A program made the position numbers and the translations under genes. A stretch of 64,000 nt of DNA from Takakia lepidozioides (lineage: Eukaryota > Plantae > Bryophyta): contig CM060732.1 of assembly GCA_030704615.1 (NCBI GenBank), positions 39,308,001-39,372,000 on the forward strand, read 5' to 3'. The notes beneath the pieces are model-generated. The model worked only from the letters and a program-made list of their open reading frames with translations. It had not been told where the DNA came from and ran no database searches. Positions 13,372 through 25,850 of this stretch are shown here, piece by piece. Each line of letters starts with the position of its first letter. Position 1 is the stretch's first letter.

Positions 13372-13720
13372 TCACATGCATACAAGACAACGCTTTCCGC
13401 GTAGCGATCCATCAAATCTATTACTACGGTTTTCTCTACGATTGATACGGTTGTCTCTATTCTTTTTCTTTCTCAACGTCATTCTTGTTGTTTTGTCACC
13501 GTCCCCAATGGCTATGGTATTCTTGAGATCCGCATTAGAAAAGGGTTTTGTTTCTTTCGGTCTAGCCATGCAAGCAGCCGCTCATTTGACGGGGCCATTC
13601 ACTCTCCTCTTGTGTATCTTTTGTTCACACACCAGCCGGGCCAGCCTACTCATTGCTATTATGGATGCAATACGTATCGAATCATGCGTGTTTTGCAAGC
13701 ACTGTCAAACGGTTACATGT
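13372..13720 (-). pseudogene. Degraded paralogue of the N-terminal C2H2-containing segment at 14465
   Basis: AAACMARPKETKPFSNADLKNTIAI aligns by eye with TAACMARPKGTKPFPDAELKHAMAV in the ORF at 14291-15010. Confidence 0.65.
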
Positions 13721-14464
13721 CCGATGGTTTATATGACTGCATCACGTGTGCTATGGTTACACACAGGGGGTTACACGGTGTTTTCTTTCTCAATACATGG
13801 TGGCTTGGTAGACGGTTTAGTAATGGAGGTTTAGATGGGGTTGACATGTTTGATGGGTTACGTGGATGTTGCGCTCGTGAAGCCACATAGGCTAGGGTTA
13901 CATGGGTGGGGCGTTACATTGACCATGTTTACCTGGAGGTTGCATACTAATGGTTTGATATGACAGGGTTACATCGATGTTGTGTTCGGGAGTCACATAG
14001 ACTAGGGGTACATGAGGTTGTGACGAAGGGTTACATCATATGTGGGTACCTGACGGAGGGTTACACTCGATGTGCCTGGCATGTGGGTAACGGCCGGTTT
14101 GTCGCACTCACAAGTGTAGGGTTACGGGTTACACTCCGCTATTCCAGGTGACACCGGGATTGCAACTCATACACGTGTGAGTCAGTGCGGATATAATTGA
14201 TTGCAAGCCGCCAGATTTTAATGAACCACCGTCTTTCGCTTAACCGACGTGCCTTACGGGTGACATCAAGCTAGCTTCCTTCTTCGTTCTTTGATCATTG
14301 TTCAGTTTTTCCCTTCTCGCAGCCTTTCCTATTCTTCCTGCACTCCTTGTTGTGCGTGCTCCCTGCTGTGCGTTCTTCGGAATTCTCTTGGTCTTGGTCT
14401 TGTCTTGTCTTGTCTTGTCTTGCTCTTGCTCTTCTCTTCTCTTCTGTCAGCTTTTTCTTTTGCC

Positions 14465-15267
14465 ATGGCTGATTGTTATCTATTCCTTGGAGAGGCTACT
14501 ATTCCATTTGATCACTTGAAGAGGGATGGCGAACGAGTTCGCTTCTGGTACACTAAGCATGAGCATGCTACAATGATCGCGTACTGCCACACCAGGAGTA
14601 GAGAGGCCAAGGTGGAGGGAGCAAAGGGCCGGCCTAAGTTCAAATGTCCTTATTGTGGGGAAGTAAAGATAGATAAGAGCAGATTGAATCGACATATTGT
14701 CGATGGAACGGCCGCATGTATGGCCAGACCAAAAGGAACAAAACCGTTTCCTGATGCGGAGCTCAAGCATGCCATGGCTGTTGAAAATGTGATGAATTCT
14801 GTTCCAGCTTCTTCTGTTGATGCAATCATGCATGGATTCTGCAAAATAGGGTGGCTTTGGGTGAGATTGCAGATCCTATTGAAGTGCCTGCTGTTGTACC
14901 TTCTTCGGCTACTTCTGCTACTGAGGTTCCATCTTCTGGTGCTCCTGCTGTTTCTGTCCCTGGTCCTTCTGTTCGGCAGGTTTCTAATGAGAGAGACAAG
15001 CGGCGATTGAGCCCGCCTCTACCTGTCCCTATTGCAAAGAAAATCAACATTGGAAACCGGGGAAACCGAAGCTCAAGGTTCATCTTGCGAAAGCGAACTC
15101 TAGGCTCAATCCTTCTGCTACCGCATGGCCTTATTCCTCAGTTCCCATTTCCGAATGTCAATGAGAAGGGGTTTTGGCCGGCAATCCAAGAATTTGTTGC
15201 GCAAGGTGAGGGCGCAGTCCATGCGATAGCTGCAAAATCAAGTTGGGTTCTATCGACGGACAATCAA
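14465..15267 (+). pseudogene. 5' exon of the cargo gene with a C2H2-like zinc finger (originally joined to the Ulp1 part)
   Basis: ATG 14465 MADCYLF...FKCPYCGEVKIDKSRLNRH; frameshift near 14830 into the frame of ORF 14851; phase-0 GT donor at 15268. Confidence 0.65.
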
Positions 15268-15325
15268 GTTGGATTCCCTGCCATTTCTCTGTTTTTCAAA
15301 TTTCGGACTGTTGTCTATCTGTGCA

Positions 15326-17442
15326 CCAAGCAGAATGGACTTCCTCAGACAAATTAGTGGTAGGCATATCTGCATCTGCCTCCACATCCATGTCCTCTCT
15401 CATCCATTGGCCCCACATTCGATATCTGTAGTGCCACCATGCAAGCCATGAATCCAGTTTTGGCAGACTTTTTTCTATGCATGCTCCTGAAGAGAGCCAC
15501 CAAGCCCAAATTGCAATGTATGTGGTTGTAGCATCCTCTAAGGTAGCACTATCTTTCCATTCATAACACAGCTGAGTGTGCCTTTCACGGAAGTCCTCCA
15601 AGATATAGTCGTTGGTGTGTCTTCGGAGGCTTTCAGCCCAATGATATAAACATGTTCTTTCTTTACCTTCCATTGGGACATTGGGATCAGATCCATAAAC
15701 CCTTCGAACAGCAGCCCAATTCGCTCCTGCTGCATCCGCCATGAAGCCAGCAAAATTTGGTTTGTTCAAGCGAGCAAGTTTTGCTTGTTCATTGATCATC
15801 TCCCAGAATAACACCTGAGCATCTGCATCCTCTGTTTTCATATCGCAAATGGCAATGGTCATCATTCGCTTGACATATGGTTCATAGACATGACACGCAA
15901 GAGTTGTCCAATCCTTGATGTGTTTGACATGGTCAAATACTACCCAACTTGTGCGTAGATCCCCCTCACTCATGCGACGCACAAAGTCAACACCACTCCC
16001 GGAACCAGCAACAAACATCTTGAAAACATGGGGGAGATGAGAAGTATGCTGGCCTGGAAGGAGATTGCTGTGAATGAAATGGTATGTACTCAGACGCTTC
16101 AACTCCAATATGGACATGATGGAATTGACACGTGCAAATGCGACCTTGTTTTTCACATTGGGGCTACAAACATGGGCAAACTCTTCAAGAATATCTTCCA
16201 AAGCCTCTCCCTCAAGACATACTGTCTCTGTGCCATCAGCCACAAGAACTCGATCAATCAAGAGCTTTTGGACCATTGACAAGGAAATAGCTCGCGGGGT
16301 CGACCATGGCTTCATCTTAACGTGCTCTTGAATCATGCTTGATGCATTTTCCGCAGCCTCTCTATTCTCGCCCTTGGCACATGGATGGTTATGAAACCCA
16401 ACGTGAACTGCAACACGTGTATGTGTTGGAAGGGAACTTGTGACATAGTACATTCTTGCCCCACAATGCGCCTCACAGAAAGGTCTTTCTATGCAGAAAC
16501 TACACTTGAACTGGTTGAATGGAACTTGGGCTCCTGCAATGAACACCTTGTCTGCATTGCCTTCCCAATAGCGGTCATTCCGTTCTCCTTCTTTCTTGAA
16601 GAAGGGGCAAGTGCTGCTTTGACATATGAGCTTTCCAACACAAAGAACCTTACTACATTTCACATGATCTGGAACACCAGACATATTGTAGGTATTGGTC
16701 TTGCACCAAGGATGACCATCAAACTTGCGGTCCATGCCTTGGAGGGACTGTGAACCACGATCCGTACGTAGTTTGACCACGGGGGGGAGTTCGTGGATCA
16801 CTTTTCCATCAAAAGCTCGAGGAAGACACCGAACACGATGCACTGGAATGTGACTTTAGTCCAAGGTAGAAAGCTCTCCTTTTGATCCATTCCTCCGAGC
16901 AGTGGCCAAGATACTCAAAATGGACAACACACGAGAAGGAAATGCAGATATAGCCTCCCCTGCTAGTCGTGGAGATGAAGATAAACCCCTCGCAGATTCG
17001 CAACAATCAGACGTGGTGTTGTCCAATGGAGTTTTCCGAGGCTTCATGTCGTGAAGCAAGACCGTATGAGCAGATGAGGAAGGTTGAGATCCACAAAATA
17101 CACTCTTAGAAACCTCAACACAATCCGAATTATGAGACCCCAAGCTCGCCGAATCTGCAACCTCCTCCTTCAATTTACAACTCCCATTTGTTGCAGCTTG
17201 ATCGTTCTTTCTTGCAATAGAAGTGTGTCTCTCATCATGTGACTGTGTATAGCTCGTACCTGTGACACGGTACTTGGAGAAAGTGTCTGGAAACAACTCC
17301 CATTGCTTTTGGCCGTCATTGAAAATTGGAAGCAACACTGTGGAGGCATCATCATCTCCATCATCCTCCAAAAAAACTGAACCCGGAACAAGTTTGAATC
17401 TATTGCATCACCAAGGTTCTGGGATAATGCACTTGTTTCCAT
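15326..17442 (-). pseudogene. MULE/MuDR-type DDE transposase with N-terminal GCM-like zinc domain
   Basis: GCM-like DGHPW...CVGKLICQSSTC...CSFC...HCGAR...HVGFHNHP; catalytic VVFD, FMADAAGANW, CLYHW (CxxH) and TNLSEEVH. In frame with ORF 16856-17371 across a TAA at 16856-16858. Truncated at ~15325. Confidence 0.85.
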
Positions 17443-18559
17443 TGCAAGGATAACGAACCACTTTTGCATCAGGTGGACATGAAAGCAATGCATATTTTGG
17501 TGTAGACATTTGGCAATGCCCTCAAAGTTTGAGAGAAGATGCAAAATGAATGAAAGCGCACATCTTGCAAGACCTTATGCAAATACATTAAATGGCTTAC
17601 ATTACTTATGTGTATCATCAATCCAGAAGGTCCAAATTTTTTGAGGCATGTGCTCCATCCATATTATTCTTTGACAGAAACAACTAAATGGACTATCCCC
17701 TATTTTTAAGACGACGGCGCCGTTGTTGAGATCTTAGAATCCAATGTACTGCCTTCTTCTTATGAGCATATGAAACATAAATGCTCTGCATGTTTCCATT
17801 TATTTTACAACCAATCGTTGATTAATCGTCCAACTATGAACGAACACACTAGACGACACAATTTATTTACAATCAAATCCCATGACATGTATGTTGATTT
17901 GTTCTTTGATTACTCATGTATGAGTAATGAGTACAAGTATTTGTGGCGACAATTGACTCTAAAACCAATAAATTGATTAAGACACTCATAACAAAATATT
18001 TAGTTACTTTATCACTTACTTTATATTGTATTATGAAGGCACCGCCACAAAGTAACATGTCAATCGTACAACCATCTTCTGAGGATCCACGTGTAACCCA
18101 TGTAGTCCAAAAAAGCACTAACGCCAGAGTGTATAAAAAAGGTTCACATTTCAGATTTGGCCAATTTGGCCTTTTTTTAGCTAGCCCTCGCCCCCCTTTC
18201 CCCCCGCTCTCCTTGGCGGGGGCAGGTTTGAACCGCAACCTAGTGGAAAATACACCACAACCTTACCAACAAGCCATGCTCTATTCAATGAAACAACCTC
18301 TACTTTTTTGGTAATAAACTGTTTCTATTCAGTTAAACTTGTTGCCATTACTACATGACTAACCCGGTATCATTACTACACTAACGTAGTCTAGTATACT
18401 TGCACATTATCCCTTGCCACTCCCCCAAACAAACACACACAAACTACACAAGCACTTAACACGTCTCTAGTCTCTACACCCTGGAGACTCCCGTTGCGAA
18501 GAGGAGACGGAGGCGCCGCATCTCAGCCTTATACTATACCACCCCGAGCTGTTGTGGCG

Positions 18560-21500
18560 ATGGGGAGGAAGAAGGACACTCGAGGGGGAGGCGTTGCTGG
18601 TGGTGGTGGTGGTAGAGGCAAGCTGCGGACGGAGAATGTAAGCTGTAGTTTTGTTTTTTTTCATGACCTGCACTTAGGCATATGCGCCATCGCATAAGCC
18701 CCACCAAGCTGCTCCTAATCTAGCACCTCCGCCGGCGCAGATGCCTAAGTCACTTCAACTCTCACAAGTTTGCGAATCTCCACACATACACACAACCGTC
18801 TCCGCCGGCGGAGACAACTCATTCCCCTTGGTTTTTTCTGATGCTTGGAAGGGTTGGGCTGGCGTATCCGCTGGTGCATACCTGTGCAACAGGGCTGCTC
18901 AAATGTTTCAGGAAGTTCTTCCCTTTTCCATCTCCTTTGTTTTTCCGCATGCTCAAAAGTTGCTGATGCTCCGAGTGGGCTGCGCTGGCATATCGGCCGG
19001 CGCATACCCATTGAGTACATTTTTTTTTGCTCAGCTCATAGGTTTCAGAAACCTCCTGCAAGCGTCTCCGCCGGCGGAGACACTTGGAGCTTGGTTTTTC
19101 TTGCATATTCCCTTACGGAAGCTCCAAAGCGCCAAGGCTGCCACCTCTGTCAACGCAGACCTGTGCAGCAGGGCTGCTCACATATTTCAAGAAGTTCTCC
19201 CCCCCTTCCATCTCTTTTGTTTCTCTGCATTCTCATAAGTTGTTGATGCTCCGAGCGGGCTGGGCTGCCATATCCGCCGGCGCATACCCATTGAGCACAA
19301 TCTTTTTTTGCTTAGCTCCTAGGTTTCAGGAACCTCATGCAAGCATCTCCGCCGGCGGAGATGCTTGGAGCTTGGTTTTTTGTTGTATATTCCTTGTGTT
19401 ATGTAAGCTCCAAAGTGTCGAGGCTACCACCTCCGTCGGCGCAGACGCTTGGGGAACCTTCCCTATTTTGGTTGATCACAGTATTCAAGTATCTCAAAGT
19501 TTCTACGTTGCCACCTCCACAACTCCACATGCTTCCATAGGCCTAGTTTGATCTTTCAAGGTGCTCCTGTATGTTTGGCTACAACCTCCCTTCCATGGTA
19601 TGCGCCGGCGCATATGCTTGGAGCTCCTTGAGCAAAAATTTCTTCAAGGGCCTCAAATCTTGTCAAATTTTGAGTTGGTTGCACATATGTGTCATATGCG
19701 CCGACGTAGGTGGTCGGAGGTCCTCTGTCGGGATGCTCAGGCCTGTATTCTGCTCCAAGTTGTAAGCTTTGAAAGACAAGGATATTCATGGAATTAGTTG
19801 ACTATCCAAATTCATTTGTTTTCTTCATGCAACCATGACATTGAACTGCTCTTTTTACATATTATACATTCACACATGTGCTCTTCTCATACACTGACAT
19901 CTTGAATTGTTTTGGTCTATGGAATTAGGAAATTACTACTACAACTGAAGCTGTGGAGGCCGGGACGCTTGCAACCATTATTGACGACATTGATGCAGGG
20001 AATTGGGGGGCAGATGAGTATGAAGAGGATACAACATCTAGTGATCATCTTTCTCTAGATGCCAAACAGGCAATTATTCTAAAAAAGAAACAAGATCTGA
20101 ATGTAACTTTCAGGTCCCTCCTCATTGAGGATGGAGTTATGGACATTCCATTGTGTCGCATGATTTCTATGCAGGTTGTTAGGCCCGCCCTTGCCAACGA
20201 CATCCTAAAGCTTAGAGGAGACTTCTATTCTGGATACCATCCAGGAGTAGCCGTGTTCTATGTTTCTGTTGAGGGGATTGATGGATCTACTATAGATGTA
20301 GGTCCTGATATCATCTCTACATGAGATAGTCATTGGAAAACAGTCAATGATGAGTTTGAGAAGTATCTTGAGTCCAAGCCAAAATTCCATCATCTTCGGG
20401 GGAAGATGTTTCATGTCTGGGATGGGAATCATAGGCTTCAAGCATGGTATCCCTATATCAATGAAGTTCATGGGGCCAATTTGTCAAGACATGTCTGTGT
20501 GACAAGTTGGGTGCTCAATGCGGACATTGAAAATCGTGGTTCCCTCAGGTCCATCATGGATAGAGTGAATGTGTGAGTTTCCTTTCTATTCTTCATTTAC
20601 TTTCATGTTCAATGTTGTCATGTTCTTGCTCAATGGATGTACATATACACATCTTCTTTCTAATGATCATATTTTATATGTGCAGGGCAACAGAGAGGGC
20701 ACATGTTACATCCAAATTTGTGCACTTGGTTTGCAAGGTCAATATGATTGGCCTTACACATGTCTCTGAATGGAAGAATGTATTGAGGAAAGAGCAATAC
20801 GACGAATGCATCAAGAAAGCAGGAAAGACTTGGTATAACCTGACAGTCCATGCAATGACAGAGATTTTGTATAAGGTAACATCATGTCTTAACCAAGTTT
20901 CATTCTTTGCATCCATAGACAAGATTCACCTCTGGTTCATGTTATAAACTGTTTTGGTTCTTTTGGCAGCATGATATTGTTGAGGCCCAACGCATGGCGG
21001 GGGAAGCTTACAAACTTGCTGAGGGGCCAAAGAGTCAAGAGGGCCTTGAAGATATATGAGACAGGATTGAAAGCAAGGTAGCAACACAAGAGTCAGCTTG
21101 TGAAGTTGCTTCCTATTGCTGATCCAACCCTTGGAGAGGGGTTTCTCCAAGAACTTAAACTGCATTGGTCACGTGTAAAGGCAGGATCAGAGGAAATGAC
21201 CCAAGAGAAAATGGTGAACATTGCTACCGCCCGGGTGGATCCTGAAGAAAAGGTGGAATGGCTACATATATGGAATGGAGACCAAACACTTCATGACCGT
21301 AATTTTTTTCCACCCGGGCCTATCAATGGGCCAACACTTGATCCTTGGCTGAATAGAAGGACTTTTTGGTGGCAGGTACATATACAATCACTATCTTCTC
21401 AATGCAATTAATTCATTTTGTTGATGACACATTAACATAGTTATTTAACTGACTGTATTTTCTGGCAGCTTCGCAAGGTTGCCTTGGCTCAGTTTGCCTT

Positions 21501-24049
21501 GTACACCACTCAGCTTGGCCAATTTCATGTTGCCTTGGAGGAAGAAGAGAGTGAGAGTCTGGGAGACTACATGGATACATGGAAGATGACTCATTTCAAT
21601 GAGTTGTTTCATAGAGAGTTCTCATTGCCAAAGGGGCCATTCAGAGGCAATGATTGGGAACAACAAATAGGTGGGGAGAAGGTGGTGAGACGGATTTTAT
21701 TCAGGTACCATCTTTCCATTGCATTGTACATGGATAGTGTATACACCTTGTAAGTCAAAAATGTCTATGCTTCAAGTATTTTTCTAGTACATTGGGATAT
21801 ACATGTTTCTTAATGTGCTTGTTCAATTGTTGAACAGGTTGCATAAATATTTGTCTCCACAATAACTTTGAATGTGTTTGTATTTTAGGTACATGAGATT
21901 TGTGCTTGTACCGAGTGATCGACTTAAGGCTGAGCCCAAGTTTCTGATGCCCTGGAAGTTTGGTGCTCAACAAGCTTCCATGTACACACCTGCAATTGAG
22001 GAAGATTGGGGTGTGGAACACCTGGAAGGGGGGGTTGGTATTTGGATATGCCCAAGGGTACTATCCCCTATGCAGAAATGGGACTTCATAAGGAATGTGT
22101 TCGCAGGCAGTCAGTGAGTGATGAAGGGGGTATCTCCACTGAAGTCCCTGTTCTTGATCTGGAGCATGCAGAACAGATTGCTACACAGGCCGCTGACGCT
22201 GTAAAGTGGTCCCTGCCGTTGTGGGTGTACCAAAACGCAGATCACGAAAAAGAAAAGGGATGTCAATGCAGATGTGGCCCCCAATGTAGGTGTGGCTTCT
22301 ATTGCTGGTCCTATTGGTAGTTCTTCACATCCTTCAAATCAGTTGGTTGTAGTGCCTGCACCTACTACTCGAGGAAACAAGCTAAAGGCAGGCGAACATC
22401 CTTACAGTGCAGTGTCATTTTCTGGTGGTGCACCTAGCATGTATCGCATGAAGATCATGCCTACTCATTTCATTGATATGGTGGAGGCCTCAAGTACATC
22501 TCCTGATGCGACCTTGAAAGAGCTCACGGAGTTCTTCAAAAATATGAGTTTCCCCCAACAAACAAACTTGAATGTAAGGAATTCTTCGATGTTTTTATAT
22601 CCTCATCATCCGGCTATTGACTCCTACATTTTCTGTATGTTGTTTGCAGTTGCCAGGAACTTGGTCTAGTGTTGTGGATGGAAAAAATGTGTCTGTGGCT
22701 GTGGACATGATCATCGTGGACTGCCCAACAGGAATGCCTGTACAGGGCTGTTTGGATGGTGTACAGGTTCCTCCCTGGAATGCTTTTGATAAACGGTATT
22801 GGGAGTATGCATTCTCCATTGCTAATGACCTGTTGGATGACAATGGATGTTTGGTGTTCTTGCAGGGCTCCGATGATTCCTTTGCATTGGAGCTCTTTTC
22901 TTACTCCAGGGGCAGCTCTATTTCCGTATTATCAAGGAAATATACTTGCATCAATACCACCCCTCTACACACTCAGACAGGAAAGGTAAAAATCATCCCT
23001 CTTCAATATCTCATTGTTTGATGTTTCATCTTCCTACTCTCATACATATTATCAAACCATCCGGGTGCACTGTTTTTGTGGAAATGGCACGTCTAACAGA
23101 CCATGTTCTTCCAAGCAAGGATGACTATTCAAACTGCGTGAGTCTGACAAAGTTGTGGACCCCCTTGCAGACCCTGTTGAGTTGGATGTCATCTATAACC
23201 ACATTCCAGATGTTGCACTACCCATGCAAACTCCTCAACAAGCCTGGAGGGGTGCGCGAGACCGTAGTCCCGCCTTCATGCAAGTGTTGTTGGAGACATG
23301 CTCACATCCTGGCTCCCGCATTTTGGATCTCACAGCTGGCACAGGTTTGCATTGGTCTCCATTTTGTAATTAAAATCTTCTGAGCTGATTCATGATCATT
23401 AATTGTTATCCGATATAATATCATCATTGCATGTTTTTTTCCTGCATGTTCTACATTTATTGCTGCCCGCGAGTCTGGACGTCACGTATTTGGTCTTGAG
23501 GGGACCAGACGTTGTATGCAGCACGTCTCTCTGCACTTCAAAATACTCAACCCGTTTTGGTTTCATCTGTGGTAACTCCAACCATTCAACGTCCTGTGAG
23601 TTTGTTGGAACCCCCTGCTCCTAAGGTGGCGCGCAAGCTTGGTCTTCATCTCGGCAGTACTTCCTAGTGAGTATGTCTCGCCTCCATTCCCTTTGTTGCA
23701 ATCTCTATATTATTTGCAAAGCAAACCATTCCCATTTGATTTGTTAACATAAATATACATGTATGTGTGATGCAGTGATGGGATTGTGCGGACCATCTAC
23801 GATAGTCTACCCCAAAGTCCTCTTTCATCGTTTTATCTACCTTCGTATGCCAAGTCCCAAGCTTTGCATTCAATACATCAACAACGTGATGTAGGTCTTT
23901 CCAATGATCTGTTGTTTGACCGAAGAGCAGCTATTGTTGGACAATCCGTGGATAGGTTCCGTAGAGTTGAGGCTTTCATGGATGTGTATGCCTCTGAATC
24001 ACAGGCTTATGACACGGATGATGAAGTATCAGCTGATGATGTTATGTAG
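18560..24049 (+). pseudogene. Spliced gene: ParB/Srx-like N-terminal domain fused to a beta-class DNA N6-adenine/N4-cytosine methyltransferase fold
   Basis: Exons include 18560-18637, 19929-20572 and 20686-20875 with GT-AG sites in compatible phases. ParB-like FHVWDGNHRLQAW at ~20409-20447; motif IV-like VDMIIVDCPTG at 22701-22733; WRGARDRSPAFMQVLLETCSHPGSRILDLTAGTG|STFIAARESGRHVFGLE (motifs X, I, II) at ~23245-23500. Stops at 20322 and ~21057, frameshifts, and an acceptor mutated to CAT near 23447. Confidence 0.8.
18725..19620. repeat. ~270-bp tandem units with CCGCCGGCGG palindromes in intron 1 of the MTase gene
   Basis: Perfect palindromes gtctccgccggcggagac at 18798-18815 and 19064-19081, and aagcatctccgccggcggagatgctt at 19341-19366, plus several gccggcgca variants. 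Confidence 0.85.
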
Positions 24050-25139
24050 GTAATTAGAAATTACATATACAATACATTGTCATCATTGTCAGTCCGAATT
24101 TTTTGTTATTTTTTATGATACATGTATTTCTCTCTAGTGTAAGGTAAAACAAATGGGGCAAATGACATGGTGTTGAAATCAGATTTCATGTTATCTTCCT
24201 GTCATTTGATTTATCTATGTAATAGTTTGTACATAGATCTCTACTGCATTTCATAGATCCTTTTACCTGAATGCAAGTTCGACATACACTTCAGCACTAT
24301 CAAATTTCATCATTAGTAAGATCAACCCTTATGAGTATTGTGGCATGTTATGTACACACAGGGTGACTATCTTTATCTCATTAGTGTTTCATTTCATTAG
24401 TGTTTCAAGTCTGAATGGGTAGTGTAGTGGTATGAACTAGGCTTGATATTCGATAGGTTGTGGGTTCTATCTTTGATGGACATTATGTTTTTGTAAAATA
24501 AAAATGTTTCAGAAGATAGATATATAGATACTGCAAAACCTATGTAACATGATTAAATGGGTGGTGGTTTGGTAAGGATTATGTTTTTTAAGTTATGAGA
24601 TTGCGGGTTTGATTACCAATCAATAGTCTTTTTTGTAAAATTGAATTCCCTTGCGGGCCATCGCCATTTACTACCCAAATGCGCAGGCGGACCATCTCCA
24701 TCACATTGTCAAGCTCCCTAGCATTCCCTTAGCATTGCTCCATTCTGAACTTCAAACTAGACTCCCACCATTGGAAGAGCCCGTACCTTCACCATTTGTA
24801 TCTAACAAGGAGCCGTGCCTCATCACTTTTTAATTTTTCGACTTTTTTTCTCATGTTGGAAAGCCATAAAAGCAACATGTTCCTCTCCCATTCCTACACT
24901 CACCCATGTGGAATAATAATACAATGAATATGGAATATTCTATATAGAATATTCTTATTCCATCCTTTCATATTTTGACTATGGACCCTAAGATTACAAT
25001 TTTTTTTTTTTTTTTTTGGGTACCCTTATTTAAGTGTTGTGCATATAAAATTGTTCCTATGCATATCTAAAATTTGTATGCACGCATACATTCCTCCATA
25101 TGCATGCATTTGTGTGCGCATATAGTATAGGCTACCTCC

Positions 25140-25850
25140 ACTATGCGGTGTTACAGAGGGTTACATGGTGGTAAGGGTTACGCTTGGTTATAGAGGGTCA
25201 TAGAGGGTTATATGGAGTGAGGATTACATGGGGGTGAGGGTGACATTCTGCGGTGTTACAAAGGGTTACATAGGTTACAGAGGGTTACATGGAGTGAGGG
25301 TTACATAGGGGTGAGGGTGACACTCTGCGGTGTTACAGAGGGTTACAAAGGGTCATAGAGGGTTACATGGGTTATAGAGGGTCACAGAGGATTACAAAGG
25401 GTTACAGAGGGTTACATGGAGTGAGGGTTATACTCTGCGGTGTTACAGAGGGTTACATGGGTTACAGAAGGTTACAGAGGCTTACATGGGTTGCAAAGTG
25501 TTACAGAGGGTTACATGTAGTGAGGGTCACATAGGGGTGGGGGTGACACTTTGCGGTGTTACAGAGGATTATATGGTGGTGAGGGTGACACTCTGCGGTG
25601 TTACAGAGGGTTACATGGGTTGCAAAGTGTTACAGAGGGTTACATGGAGTGAGGATTACATAGGGGTGGAAGTGACACTCTGCAATGTTACAGAGGGTTA
25701 CATGGTGGTGAGGGTTACAGAGGGTCATGGGGTTACATGGGTTACATGGTGGTGTGGGTTACACTCAGCGGAGTTACAGAAGGTTACATGGGGGTGAGGG
25801 TTGAACCCGGGGCGGGGGTTAAGGGGCTGACGTGCAGGGGTTACAGGGAA
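25140..25850. repeat. Subterminal GGGTTACA array at the right end of the MULE
   Basis: Dense agagggttacatgg / gtgagggtgacactctgcggtgttaca units. Confidence 0.9.

Noticed and set aside
18741-19797. ORFs in the palindromic repeat region
   Set aside because: They lie within a phase-0 GT-AG intron (18638-19928) and mirror the DNA repeat.
19929-24049. Bacterial or phage contamination as the source of the ParB-MTase
   Set aside because: The gene has many spliceosomal introns and sits among plant-type transposons.
25140-25850. Telomere or interstitial telomeric array
   Set aside because: GGGTTA is always followed by CA and variable spacers; there are no tandem TTAGGG or TTTAGGG runs.
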